From a bacterium (lineage in GTDB: Bacteria; Nitrospirota; Thermodesulfovibrionia; Thermodesulfovibrionales; JdFR-85): a stretch of 47,980 bases of DNA. The notes beneath the pieces are model-generated. The model made no database searches, was not told where the DNA came from, and saw only the letters and a program-made list of their open reading frames with translations. The DNA lies in contig BTTF01000002.1 of the NCBI GenBank assembly GCA_036244995.1, positions 1-47,980 on the forward strand, read 5' to 3'. Of the stretch, positions 36,394 to 44,687 are shown in pieces. Made by a program: the position numbers and the translations under genes. Position 1 is the first letter of the stretch. Every line of letters begins with the position of its first letter.

Positions 36394-37493
36394 GCCTGGA
36401 TATTAATATCATTTCTGTCGGTGCGCGGATAAGAACCGAGGACCTTCAGAAAGATGCAATCCTTCTCTATCTCTTTAAGGGCTTTTTTTACCTTCTTGTC
36501 CTGGACGTGACCATCCATATCAATAAAGAATATATACTCCCAGGCCTTTCTCTTTGATGGACGGGACTCTATCTTCGTCAGATTCATCCTGGCCTTTTTA
36601 AATGGGGTAAGCACCTCGTAGAGGGCCCCCGGCTTGTCCTTGATTGATAACATTACAGAGGTCTTGTCTTTTCCTGTGGGCGGTGGAAATTCTCTTGATA
36701 CAACAAGAAACCTGGTATAATTATTCTTGTTGTCTTCAATATGTCTCTCGACAAACCTCAGATCATATATCTTTGCAGCCAGTTCACTCGCAATAGCAGC
36801 ACTATCTTCATCCCTTGAGGCGAGCTCAGCTGCCTTTGCAGTGCTTGTTGCATCAATAATGGTGGTGGTGGTGGTGGTGTGCGGCAGGTTCCGCTCTATC
36901 CATCGTCTGCACTGCGCTATGGCCTGGGGATGAGAGTAAATCTTTTTAATCTTCCTTATGTCTCCTGATACCGAAAGAAGATTATGGTTTATCTCCAACA
37001 TTATCTCTGCAGCTATCTGAAGGTCAAAATCCATAAACATGTCAAGGGTATAACTTATGACACCCTCATTGGAGTTTTCAATAGGGACAACACCATACGC
37101 CGCCTTGCCCTCCTGCACACTCTCAAATACATCCTTTATGCTGTCAACGGGAATGAACTGTGCTGATGATCCAAAATGCCTCAGTGCGGCAAGATGCGTA
37201 AATGTAGCAAGGGGACCGAGACAGGCCACCTTAAGTGGTTCCTCAAGGGATAGAGAGGCTGAAAGAATCTCCCTGAAAATTATCCTGAGTGCATCATTTG
37301 GAAACGGACCGGGATTCATTCCCCGCAGACGCTCAAGTATCTGCCGTTCCCTCTCAGGAGAATAGAACCCCAGGCTGGTATTCCTCTTTACGCTTGCTAC
37401 CTCAAGGACCACTTTTGCCCTTTTGTTCAGGAGATTCAGTATCTCCTCATCTATGCTGTCAATAGATACCCTTAATTTTTCCAACTTTTCCAT
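36390..37493 (-). CDS. pheA: bifunctional chorismate mutase / prephenate dehydratase
   Basis: 367-aa ORF with an N-terminal CM helix (LRVSIDSIDEEILNLLNKRA), PDT blocks (GVVPIENSNEG, YTRFLVV) and a C-terminal ACT domain (ESRPS). Confidence 0.9.
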   Translation of the reverse strand: MEKLEKLRVSIDSIDEEILNLLNKRAKVVLEVASVKRNTSLGFYSPERERQILERLRGMNPGPFPNDALRIIFREILSASLSLEEPLKVACLGPLATFTHLAALRHFGSSAQFIPVDSIKDVFESVQEGKAAYGVVPIENSNEGVISYTLDMFMDFDLQIAAEIMLEINHNLLSVSGDIRKIKKIYSHPQAIAQCRRWIERNLPHTTTTTTIIDATSTAKAAELASRDEDSAAIASELAAKIYDLRFVERHIEDNKNNYTRFLVVSREFPPPTGKDKTSVMLSIKDKPGALYEVLTPFKKARMNLTKIESRPSKRKAWEYIFFIDMDGHVQDKKVKKALKEIEKDCIFLKVLGSYPRTDRNDINIQA

Positions 37494-37509
37494 CCTGACT
37501 CCCCGCCTT

Positions 37510-37549
37510 GAAATGATTTACATAATTTATGGAAATGATTTACATAATT
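37510..37549. repeat. two perfect 18-nt direct repeats (gaaatgatttacataatt) 22 nt apart in the pheA leader / divergent promoter region
   Basis: The exact repeats sit at 37510-37527 and 37532-37549, 17 nt upstream of the pheA start. Confidence 0.7.
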
Positions 37550-37756
37550 CAATGGATATAGAGTCTGACTCTAACAGATTTTCCAGCATTTTTTCAAGCA
37601 ATTGTCATGATTTCACAGCAATTCTCTATACTGAAAACCATAGCCTGCCCGCTGCAGGGAGCTTCAAAATTCATTTTTGCAGCTCCCTGCTCAACAACGG
37701 ATTAAAGTTAGCTTCCCGCTGTCCGATAAGATATAAAAGCTTTAAGGAGGTAATCC

Positions 37757-38605
37757 GTGTTGAGTCCAGAATTAATACTCAAGGAGTGCAGCTTGCCCGC
37801 CATGCCCCATGTGGCAGCCAGGATATTAAGGCTTGCAAATGATCCTGACTCAAGGGTAGATGAGGTTCAGCATGTCATATTTGCCGACCCTGCCCTTACT
37901 TCAAGAATACTGATGATAGCAAACTCCGCATATTATGGCCTCCGTCGTAGAGTTGACACTGTATCGGATGCACTTTTTGTCCTTGGGTTTGAGGCAGTTA
38001 AAAATCTCTCCATCGCTGTTGCCACCAAAGAGATATACAATACCCACGGCTTGATAGAACAAAAACTCTGGGAGCATGCATTGGGAGTTTCAATAGCGGC
38101 AGGTCTTGTGGGTGGAAGACAAAAAGCATTTAAACTCCCTGTCGAGGAATGCATTGTGGCAGGACTCTTGCATGACATAGGCAAGGCTGTAATGAACCAG
38201 AGTCAGCCACAGAGGTATGCAATGGTTGTAGAAAGGGTATATGATGAACGGACTGCCTTCCACACAGTGGAAAAAGAGATGTTCGGGTTTACGCATTCCG
38301 AAGTCGGGGCACTCCTCTTTAAACAATGGGGACTACCGTCTGAATTAATTGAAATGGTAGCCAACCATAACAACTGTCATGAAGTTGACGGCACACACGA
38401 GGCAGAAGGGCTTTGCAGGGTCGTAAGCCTTGCTGATTGTCTGTGTCTGAGACTTGGCGTGGGGTATCGCGGCCCAATGCCTGAATTGTGCCCTGATGAT
38501 TCCGTGAAAACAAAAGCCCTCGGACTGACCCCGGAGGATGTTGAAGAGATAACTGAAAGCTTTAAGAAAAAGTATGTTGAGGAAAAATTATCTTTTATGG
38601 TTTAG
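37757..38605 (+). CDS. HDOD domain signalling protein
   Basis: 282-aa ORF with AAGGAGG 6 nt before a GTG start. HDOD pattern: LPAMPHVAARILRLANDP...VIFADPALTSRILMIANSAYYGLRRRV...GLLHDIGK. Confidence 0.8.
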   Translation: MLSPELILKECSLPAMPHVAARILRLANDPDSRVDEVQHVIFADPALTSRILMIANSAYYGLRRRVDTVSDALFVLGFEAVKNLSIAVATKEIYNTHGLIEQKLWEHALGVSIAAGLVGGRQKAFKLPVEECIVAGLLHDIGKAVMNQSQPQRYAMVVERVYDERTAFHTVEKEMFGFTHSEVGALLFKQWGLPSELIEMVANHNNCHEVDGTHEAEGLCRVVSLADCLCLRLGVGYRGPMPELCPDDSVKTKALGLTPEDVEEITESFKKKYVEEKLSFMV

Positions 38606-38608
38606 ACA

Positions 38609-38758
38609 ATGCCGGTGGACGGGATAAATAAAATAAACGAAACACCTGTGGTCAGGGAACGTCCCGAGATAACTTCCTCAAAAAACAAGAAACCGAAAAA
38701 GAAAAAAGACAAAGGTAAGAAGAAGAAAAGAAAAGGCAGCGTGGATATAATGGCTTAG
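38609..38758 (+). CDS. possible 49-aa lysine-rich micro-protein
   Basis: The ATG lies 3 nt after the HDOD stop, and the frame is open to the TAG at 38756. It encodes MPVDGINKINETPVVRERPEITSSKNKKPKKKKDKGKKKKRKGSVDIMA. There is no clear SD, and it falls below the ORF-track cutoff. Confidence 0.25.
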   Translation: MPVDGINKINETPVVRERPEITSSKNKKPKKKKDKGKKKKRKGSVDIMA

Positions 38759-38792
38759 ACGCCGGTCACCGGCAGATTCAGGAGGTGAAATA

Positions 38793-39149
38793 ATGATTAA
38801 AGGGATTCTCAAGCAACGGAAAAAACCCGGAAAGATAAGGGAGGCAGACAAACTGCTGCAACTCGAACTCTCCGAAATTGAAGAGCTTTCATCTCTTCTC
38901 ATGAGCCGTGTAGATAAAAGGGTCCGGGCATTGAATGAGGTTGAACAGAGACTGGATGAAAAGATTGAAATCCTCGAAAACCTGTTAGTCCAGGCAGAAA
39001 ACATACTGCAGGAACCTGAAAGCACACTGGATTACCGTTACAAAGAGGTAGTATTGCTATCCCGCAAGGGACTGAAAATTGAAGAGATAGCAAGCCTCCT
39101 TGATATACCCGGTGGAGAGGTTGAGTTTATAATTAACATGAACGCCTGA
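38793..39149 (+). CDS. flagellar-cluster coiled-coil protein with a C-terminal HTH-like tail (DUF2802/DUF6115-like)
   Basis: 118-aa ORF with AGGAGG upstream. It has a heptad-rich middle and the tail GLKIEEIASLLDIPGGEVEFIINM, which I recall from small flagellar-operon proteins. Confidence 0.55.
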   Translation: MIKGILKQRKKPGKIREADKLLQLELSEIEELSSLLMSRVDKRVRALNEVEQRLDEKIEILENLLVQAENILQEPESTLDYRYKEVVLLSRKGLKIEEIASLLDIPGGEVEFIINMNA

Positions 39150-39427
39150 GGAGGGGGAAGTTTTTTCCTCCTCAGGACAAAATTTTGCCGCCAATATTCA
39201 CCTGCCGGTCTGACTCCTGATTGGCAGCCCGCCCTGATACCCCGAATCGTGTCTCAATTGTCACCATAAAGCTGTCCCGGGGTTCCGGATGGAACGTAAC
39301 GCATTGAAAACACAGCATTCCTGAAGTAAATTCAGAATAACATTATACGTTTTATTTTCATAATTTATGACACCATCTGACTGCCTGGAGTCCTCGAATC
39401 AGTAGCTTTAGACCAACAACAGACGAC

Positions 39428-39443
39428 TGGCATAGCTCTTGCT
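39428..39443 (+). promoter_or_regulatory. sigma-54 promoter (TGGCAT-N5-TTGCT) upstream of flgF
   Basis: It shows GG-N10-GC spacing and matches 11 of 12 positions of TGGCAC-N5-TTGCW. The -12 GC lies only 16 nt before the flgF ATG. Confidence 0.55.
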
Positions 39444-39458
39444 TTAATAAAACCCGTC

Positions 39459-40172
39459 ATGTACAAAGGCATCTACATAGCGGCATCAGGCGCCATACTC
39501 AAGAATGCAGAACTCTCACTCACTGCACGCAATATCGCCAATGCATCAACTCCTGGCTACAAAAAAGAACGGACATCCTTCAGCTCCTATCTCCTTCCCT
39601 CTTCTGGAAATATCTCCAATCCTGAACGCGTCATGGTAGAAAAGGGGAAGACCCTCACTGATTTTTCAGCCGGAGAATTCATTAAAACCGGCAACCCCCT
39701 TGATGTCGCCATTGAGGGTGATGGGTTTTTTGTACTTGAAGGTAAAAAGTACACAAGGAGAGGGGATTTCAGGCTTGATGAAGAGGGATACCTCCTGAAC
39801 ATTGACGGACTGAAGGTGATGGGAATGGACGACACCCCGCTTCAGCTCCCTCAGGGCAGGGTGGAGATAGGACCCGGGGGAGACATCATGGTTAAGGGTA
39901 CAACAGTGGGAAGGCTCAAAATCGTTGACTTTCCCCAGCCCAACAAGCTCATTCAGGCAGGAGACGCCACATACCTGGCACCTGAGGAGTCAAAACCTGT
40001 TGAGTCATCTTCAAGGGTCTCCTCAGGTGTGATCGAGGGCTCCAATGTGAATATAATAAAGGAGATGGTCGGAATGATAAGGACAACAAGGGAGTTTGAG
40101 ACTTACCAGAAAATGATACAGGCATTTGATTCCGCCACATCAAAGGCACTAAATGAGATAGGGAGGATATAA
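39459..40172 (+). CDS. flgF: flagellar basal-body rod protein FlgF
   Basis: 237-aa ORF with the N-terminal rod motif IYIAASGA...[12 protein letters not shown] and a C-terminal GSNVN...M..MI...R.FE. Confidence 0.85.
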   Translation: MYKGIYIAASGAILKNAELSLTARNIANASTPGYKKERTSFSSYLLPSSGNISNPERVMVEKGKTLTDFSAGEFIKTGNPLDVAIEGDGFFVLEGKKYTRRGDFRLDEEGYLLNIDGLKVMGMDDTPLQLPQGRVEIGPGGDIMVKGTTVGRLKIVDFPQPNKLIQAGDATYLAPEESKPVESSSRVSSGVIEGSNVNIIKEMVGMIRTTREFETYQKMIQAFDSATSKALNEIGRI

Positions 40173-40174
40173 CC

Positions 40175-40966
40175 ATGATAAGGTCACTCTTTATTGCGGC
40201 AACAGGTATGGAAGCCCAGAAACTGAACATTGATGTTATAGCCAACAATCTTGCAAATGTAAATACAAACGGATACAAACGGAGCAGGGCTGATTTTCAG
40301 GAACTGATGTATGAGGATATAAAGACTCCGGGGGCGACTTCTGCCGATGGCACACAGTTGCCCTCAGGCATACAGCTCGGGCTCGGCGTCAGACCGGTAG
40401 CTGTTCAGAAGATATTTGAGCAGGGAGACTTCACACCCACAGGGAATCCCCTTGATATGGTAGTAGAGGGAGAAGGTTTTTTCCAGATCGTAAAACCGGA
40501 TGGTGAGATTGCCTATACAAGGGCCGGCGCATTCAAGCTGGATAGCGAGGGCAGAATCGTAACATCTGAAGGATACCCCATGGAACCCGAGATAACCATC
40601 CCCTCAGATACAACCCAAATAACCATAAGCTCGGACGGAATGATAAACGCAACAGAGCCCGGCAGTGCTGTTCCCACCGAGGTAGGACAGATTGAGCTTG
40701 CAAAATTCTCCAACCCGGGCGGCCTGAAATCAATTGGAAAGAATCTCTTTGAAGAGACCGCTTCATCGGGCGTGCCGACCACCGACACCCCGGGTGGCAC
40801 TGAAGGTATGGGGACAATACAGCAGGGGTTTATTGAACTCAGTAATGTAAATATTGTAGACGAGATGGTCCAGATGATTGTAAGCCAGAGGGCCTATGAG
40901 ATTAACTCCAAGGTAGTACAGGCTGCGGATGACATGATGCAGATAGCAAATAATCTGAGAAGGTAA
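40175..40966 (+). CDS. flgG: flagellar basal-body distal rod protein FlgG
   Basis: 263-aa ORF with [12 protein letters not shown]...[14 protein letters not shown] and a C-terminal [21 protein letters not shown]. Confidence 0.9.
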   Translation: MIRSLFIAATGMEAQKLNIDVIANNLANVNTNGYKRSRADFQELMYEDIKTPGATSADGTQLPSGIQLGLGVRPVAVQKIFEQGDFTPTGNPLDMVVEGEGFFQIVKPDGEIAYTRAGAFKLDSEGRIVTSEGYPMEPEITIPSDTTQITISSDGMINATEPGSAVPTEVGQIELAKFSNPGGLKSIGKNLFEETASSGVPTTDTPGGTEGMGTIQQGFIELSNVNIVDEMVQMIVSQRAYEINSKVVQAADDMMQIANNLRR

Positions 40967-40976
40967 GGTCAAATTG

Positions 40977-41606
40977 ATGATATCCCTGTTGATAGCCTTA
41001 ACAATCGTCTCCGGATGGGCTCCCGAGGCCGTTATTCAGGATTACCTCATGAATAATTATCCCTGGCCGGAGATTCAGGTACAAAAAGTTGTCTCAGAGG
41101 AGGCCCTGCCTAAGAACAGACCGGTTGAGATTCTAACTGAAAGGGGGCCCCTCGGCAGGGCAGCTTTCATCTTCCGGTTTGCTGATAACAGGGAAGTGCG
41201 AATAAAGGCATACATAACGGCAAGGGAACAGGTTGTAAGGACCAGGAGGGCCTTATACAGAGGGACTGTTATCAGCAGTACTGATGTCTATACCACATTG
41301 ATGGATGTCAGAAAGATACCAAAGGGTGCAATAAGTGACCTGAAAGGTGTGAAAGGAAAGGTACTGAAAAGGTCATTGCCCGCCGACAGCACCTTAACAG
41401 ATGCAGTAACAGGTGAAAAACCCCTGATCAGAAAGGGACAGCGCATTACCATCCTGTACAAAACCAATTCTCTCCGGGTAACAGCGCCGGGTATTGCCAG
41501 AGAGGACGGTTTTTCTGAAAGGGAAATATCCGTGATGAATCTGAGATCAAGAAAGACGATAACCGGGATTGTAGAAAGCAGGGGAACAGTAAATGTGCAA
41601 CCATAG
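40977..41606 (+). CDS. flgA: flagellar P-ring assembly chaperone FlgA
   Basis: The ORF is about 209 aa, with a signal-like N-terminus. It has a SAF-like C-terminal domain (GQRITILYKTNSLRVTAPGIAREDG...ISVMNLRSRKTITGIV). A TTG at 40974 is also possible. Confidence 0.75.
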   Translation: MISLLIALTIVSGWAPEAVIQDYLMNNYPWPEIQVQKVVSEEALPKNRPVEILTERGPLGRAAFIFRFADNREVRIKAYITAREQVVRTRRALYRGTVISSTDVYTTLMDVRKIPKGAISDLKGVKGKVLKRSLPADSTLTDAVTGEKPLIRKGQRITILYKTNSLRVTAPGIAREDGFSEREISVMNLRSRKTITGIVESRGTVNVQP

Positions 41607-42318
41607 TCCGGACAGGAATAATGTCTTGCTGTCAGCCTTAAGCATATTAATACTGTTGTTCTCGGTGGGGTGTGCATCCACGAATACGCTTCCGCCGCCA
41701 TCACCTAACTATATACCGGAACCGGCTACGCCAGGGCACCCCGGAGGATATACCACACCCGGTTCCATCTACCGGGAAAGTGCCAGCCTCTTTGAGGACA
41801 GAAGGGCTCGGAGGCTCAACGACCTGGTAACCGTACTGATCGTTGAAAACGTATCAGGCAGCAAAAAGGCTGAGACGATAACAGGAACGGATTCAACCCT
41901 GGATGCAGGCATAGATACTTTCTTTGGCGCACCCCTCAACATGAACCTTAACAATCTCTACGGAAAGGGCAATACCTTTTCGCCATCAGTGGGCAGCTCG
42001 TTCAAGAATGATTTTCAGGGTACAGGGGAGACCACAAGAGAGGGCTCTCTAAAGGGCACCATCACGGCAAGGGTCATTGACGTCCTGCCCAATGGTAACC
42101 TCGTTATAGAATCAAGGAAAGAGGTGACCCTGAACTATGAAAAACAGGTCCTTGTGCTGAAGGGCATAATAAGACCCGACGACATATCGACCAACAACAC
42201 TATTTACAGCACAAAGGTTGCCGATGCCCGGATATTCCTCGTAGGCGACGGAATAATTGACAGCAAGCAGGCCTCGGGCTGGCTTGGAAACATAGTTGGC
42301 AGGATATGGCCGTTTTAG
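41593..42318 (+). CDS. flgH: flagellar L-ring lipoprotein FlgH
   Basis: 241-aa ORF with lipobox FSVGCAS, plus DRRARRLNDLVTVLIVEN and GNLVIESRKEV. Confidence 0.9.
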   Translation: MCNHSPDRNNVLLSALSILILLFSVGCASTNTLPPPSPNYIPEPATPGHPGGYTTPGSIYRESASLFEDRRARRLNDLVTVLIVENVSGSKKAETITGTDSTLDAGIDTFFGAPLNMNLNNLYGKGNTFSPSVGSSFKNDFQGTGETTREGSLKGTITARVIDVLPNGNLVIESRKEVTLNYEKQVLVLKGIIRPDDISTNNTIYSTKVADARIFLVGDGIIDSKQASGWLGNIVGRIWPF

Positions 42319-42322
42319 GAAT

Positions 42323-42415
42323 GACTATTGATGATTGATTATTGACGAATGAAACATGACTCATTGATGATTTATGCTTTTCCAATAGTCAATCGTCAAT
42401 ATTCAATAGTCAATC
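42323..42415. repeat. imperfect palindrome built from ATTGA / TCAAT units between flgH and flgI
   Basis: The left arm is gactattgatgattgattattgacga and the right arm is ccaatagtcaatcgtcaatattcaatagtcaatc. Two 9-bp segments (gactattga, tattgacga) are exactly complementary. Confidence 0.6.
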
Positions 42416-42434
42416 AAAAGGGGTGACAAGGGAT

Positions 42435-43526
42435 ATGAAAAAAATTGCATTCAGTGCCGTCCTCGTCCTTATTCTGGTATTACCAAACCAGGCAGTTAAT
42501 GCCGACAGGATAAAGGACATTGCATCTATTGAGGGTGTAAGGGAAAATCAGCTTGTCGGGTACGGACTGGTTGTAGGCCTGAACGGAAGAGGGGACAAAG
42601 GCAGGGCCACCATGCAGAGCATGGCAAATATGCTGGCACGTATGGGACTCACAGTCAATCCAAGGGACATAAAGCCAAAAGACACGGCATCCGTAATGGT
42701 CACAGCAACCCTGCCCCCCTTTCCAAGGGCCGGCAACCGGGTGGATGCACTTGTCTCCGCCATGGCCGATGCCAAGGATATACAGGGCGGAACTCTCATT
42801 ATGACCCCCCTGAAAGGACCTGACGGAAAGGTCTATGGTATTGCGCAGGGTCCTGTCTCAATAGGTGGCTTTGCCGCAGGCACCGGGGGCACCGGTGTCC
42901 AGAAAAACCACCCCACAGTGGGAAGAATACCAAACGGCGTTATTATTGAAAGGGAAATCCCCATGTCACTGAATTCACTCACTGAGGTAAAAATAATACT
43001 TCACAACCCTGACTTCACTGTTGCCTCAAACATGATGAGGGAGATAAACAGGGCGCTAAAGAACGGTTATGCAGCGGCCCTGGACCCTTCCACCATAGCC
43101 CTGAAGGTCCCTGAAGCATATAAAGGACGAATAGTTGAACTTATGAGATTTGTTGAAAATATAAATGTTGCTGTTGATATGCCTGCAAAGGTAATAATCA
43201 ATGAAAGGACAGGCACTGTGGTCATAGGTGAAAACGTCCGCATCTCTCCTGTAGCAATTGCCCATGGAGGCCTCACCATAGAGATCAGCACTGAATATCA
43301 GGTCTCCCAGCCACCTCCGTTCTCAGCGGGAAAGACAATAGTGGTTCCTTCAAGAAGGGTAACGGCAAAGGAAGAAAAGGCCCATCTGATACAGGTCTCG
43401 GGGGCCTCGCTTGGTGAGGTGGTGAGGGCGCTGAATGCCATGGGTGTTACATCACGCGACCTGATAGCCATCCTTCAGGCCCTTAAGGCCTCGGGGGCTC
43501 TCAGGGCGGAACTGGAGATTATCTGA
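42435..43526 (+). CDS. flgI: flagellar P-ring protein FlgI
   Basis: It has a signal peptide MKKIAFSAVLVLILVLPNQAVNA, plus RIKDIASIEGVRENQLVGYGLVVGLNGRGD and GALRAELEII. The ORF is open from the GTG at 42423. Confidence 0.9.
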   Translation: MKKIAFSAVLVLILVLPNQAVNADRIKDIASIEGVRENQLVGYGLVVGLNGRGDKGRATMQSMANMLARMGLTVNPRDIKPKDTASVMVTATLPPFPRAGNRVDALVSAMADAKDIQGGTLIMTPLKGPDGKVYGIAQGPVSIGGFAAGTGGTGVQKNHPTVGRIPNGVIIEREIPMSLNSLTEVKIILHNPDFTVASNMMREINRALKNGYAAALDPSTIALKVPEAYKGRIVELMRFVENINVAVDMPAKVIINERTGTVVIGENVRISPVAIAHGGLTIEISTEYQVSQPPPFSAGKTIVVPSRRVTAKEEKAHLIQVSGASLGEVVRALNAMGVTSRDLIAILQALKASGALRAELEII

Positions 43527-43843
43527 TGATGATGATTGATCCGTCTATTCTGTCAATTTACAGCACAGGGCTTCGCGACCGGGATAACAGAACAGAGACC
43601 GGAAACAGGACCAAAACGTCTGAAGCGGAAACAAAACGGGTAGCCCGGAAATTTGAATCCCTCTTTATCTATGAACTCCTGAAGGGCATGCGTGGCATGA
43701 GCGGTAAGGGGCTCTTTCAGGGAGGACTGTCCGGTGATGTATTTCAGACGCTCTTTGATATGGAACTCTCAAAGACCCTTGCTGAAAGGGGCACGGGAAT
43801 CTCTGAAATGCTCATGAAATCACTCCGGGGGAACGAAGATTAA
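43526..43843 (+). CDS. flgJ: FlgJ-like rod-binding protein (no muramidase domain)
   Basis: 105-aa ORF with an ATGA overlap with the flgI stop. The Rod-binding motif is ARKFESLFIYELLKGMR. Confidence 0.75.
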   Translation: MMMIDPSILSIYSTGLRDRDNRTETGNRTKTSEAETKRVARKFESLFIYELLKGMRGMSGKGLFQGGLSGDVFQTLFDMELSKTLAERGTGISEMLMKSLRGNED

Positions 43844-43868
43844 AGTTTCTTTTACCTCCGGCCGATAA
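43841..43868 (+). promoter_or_regulatory. sigma-28 (FliA) promoter upstream of flgM
   Basis: TAAAGTTT-12 nt-GCCGATAA is a near-perfect match to the enterobacterial class 3 consensus TAAAGTTT-N11-GCCGATAA. It lies 49 nt before the flgM ATG. Confidence 0.75.
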
Positions 43869-43916
43869 TATTTTATAGTATTAAGGTTATAGTAAATTTG
43901 TTTAAGGAGGATTTAA

Positions 43917-44210
43917 ATGAAAATCTACGGTGGAAAGCCTCCTGAGGGACAGGATGTTTATCTCAGGGCTCAGAAGGCACAAGGCAAGGATGCCACCGGA
44001 AAAAGCGAGCAGTTACAGGGCAGTAAGAGAGTAGCTGACCGGGTGGAAGTTTCAGGCAAGGCAAAGGAAATTAACGAGATGAAGGCAGAGATTCAAAGAC
44101 TCCCCGAAGTAAGGACCGACAGGGTTGAGACCATCAGGCAGGCCATCGAGTCCGGCACATACGGGATAGACCCCGGAAAGATTCTCAGCAAGATGTTAGA
44201 GGAGATATGA
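43917..44210 (+). CDS. flgM: anti-sigma-28 factor FlgM
   Basis: 97-aa ORF with AAGGAGG upstream. The C-terminal RVETIRQAIESGTYGIDPGKILSKMLE is typical of FlgM. Confidence 0.85.
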   Translation: MKIYGGKPPEGQDVYLRAQKAQGKDATGKSEQLQGSKRVADRVEVSGKAKEINEMKAEIQRLPEVRTDRVETIRQAIESGTYGIDPGKILSKMLEEI

Positions 44211-44647
44211 AAGACTCAGCTCGGATATTGAAGATACTCGAGGAACAGGTAAGGAGTTACTCAAGGCTCTACGACCTGCTGAAGGGGGAAAAAAAGGCGA
44301 TCGTCTCCTTTGACCCTTTAGCGGTTGAAACCCTGGCCAAAGACAAAGACAACCTCGTGCTCCAGTTAAGACTCCTCGAAGAAGAGAGGAAGAGACTTGC
44401 TGATGAATTTTTCGAAGACAGAGAGGGAGGACAAAGTATTTCCGACCTTCACAGTATTACCGGAAACAAAAGATTCCTTGATCTCCGCTCTCAGCTCATC
44501 AGTCTCATGCAGGGCATTGGAGAACTGAATGAAGTCAACAGGTTGCTTATAGAACGGGCATCCCTTCATCTCAAGGTCTCATCCGCCTTTTTCCAGACCT
44601 TTGACGTTAAGGCCTCACCTTCACGCACCATCTCAAGGGAGGCCTGA
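44207..44647 (+). CDS. flgN: FlgN-family flagellar export chaperone
   Basis: 146-aa helical ORF overlapping the flgM stop and lying directly upstream of flgK. Its N-terminus is FlgN-like (LEEQVRSYSRLYDLLKGEKKAIVSFD). Confidence 0.7.
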   Translation: MKDSARILKILEEQVRSYSRLYDLLKGEKKAIVSFDPLAVETLAKDKDNLVLQLRLLEEERKRLADEFFEDREGGQSISDLHSITGNKRFLDLRSQLISLMQGIGELNEVNRLLIERASLHLKVSSAFFQTFDVKASPSRTISREA

Positions 44648-44687
44648 TGGTAGCAGATAAAAAGCCCTCTATGGAGATAACACCCTG

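Noticed and set aside
37510-37549. TyrR boxes (TGTAAA-N6-TTTACA) in the pheA upstream repeats.
   Set aside because: The TTTACA/TGTAAA hexamers occur as direct repeats 22 nt apart, not as the N6-spaced palindrome.
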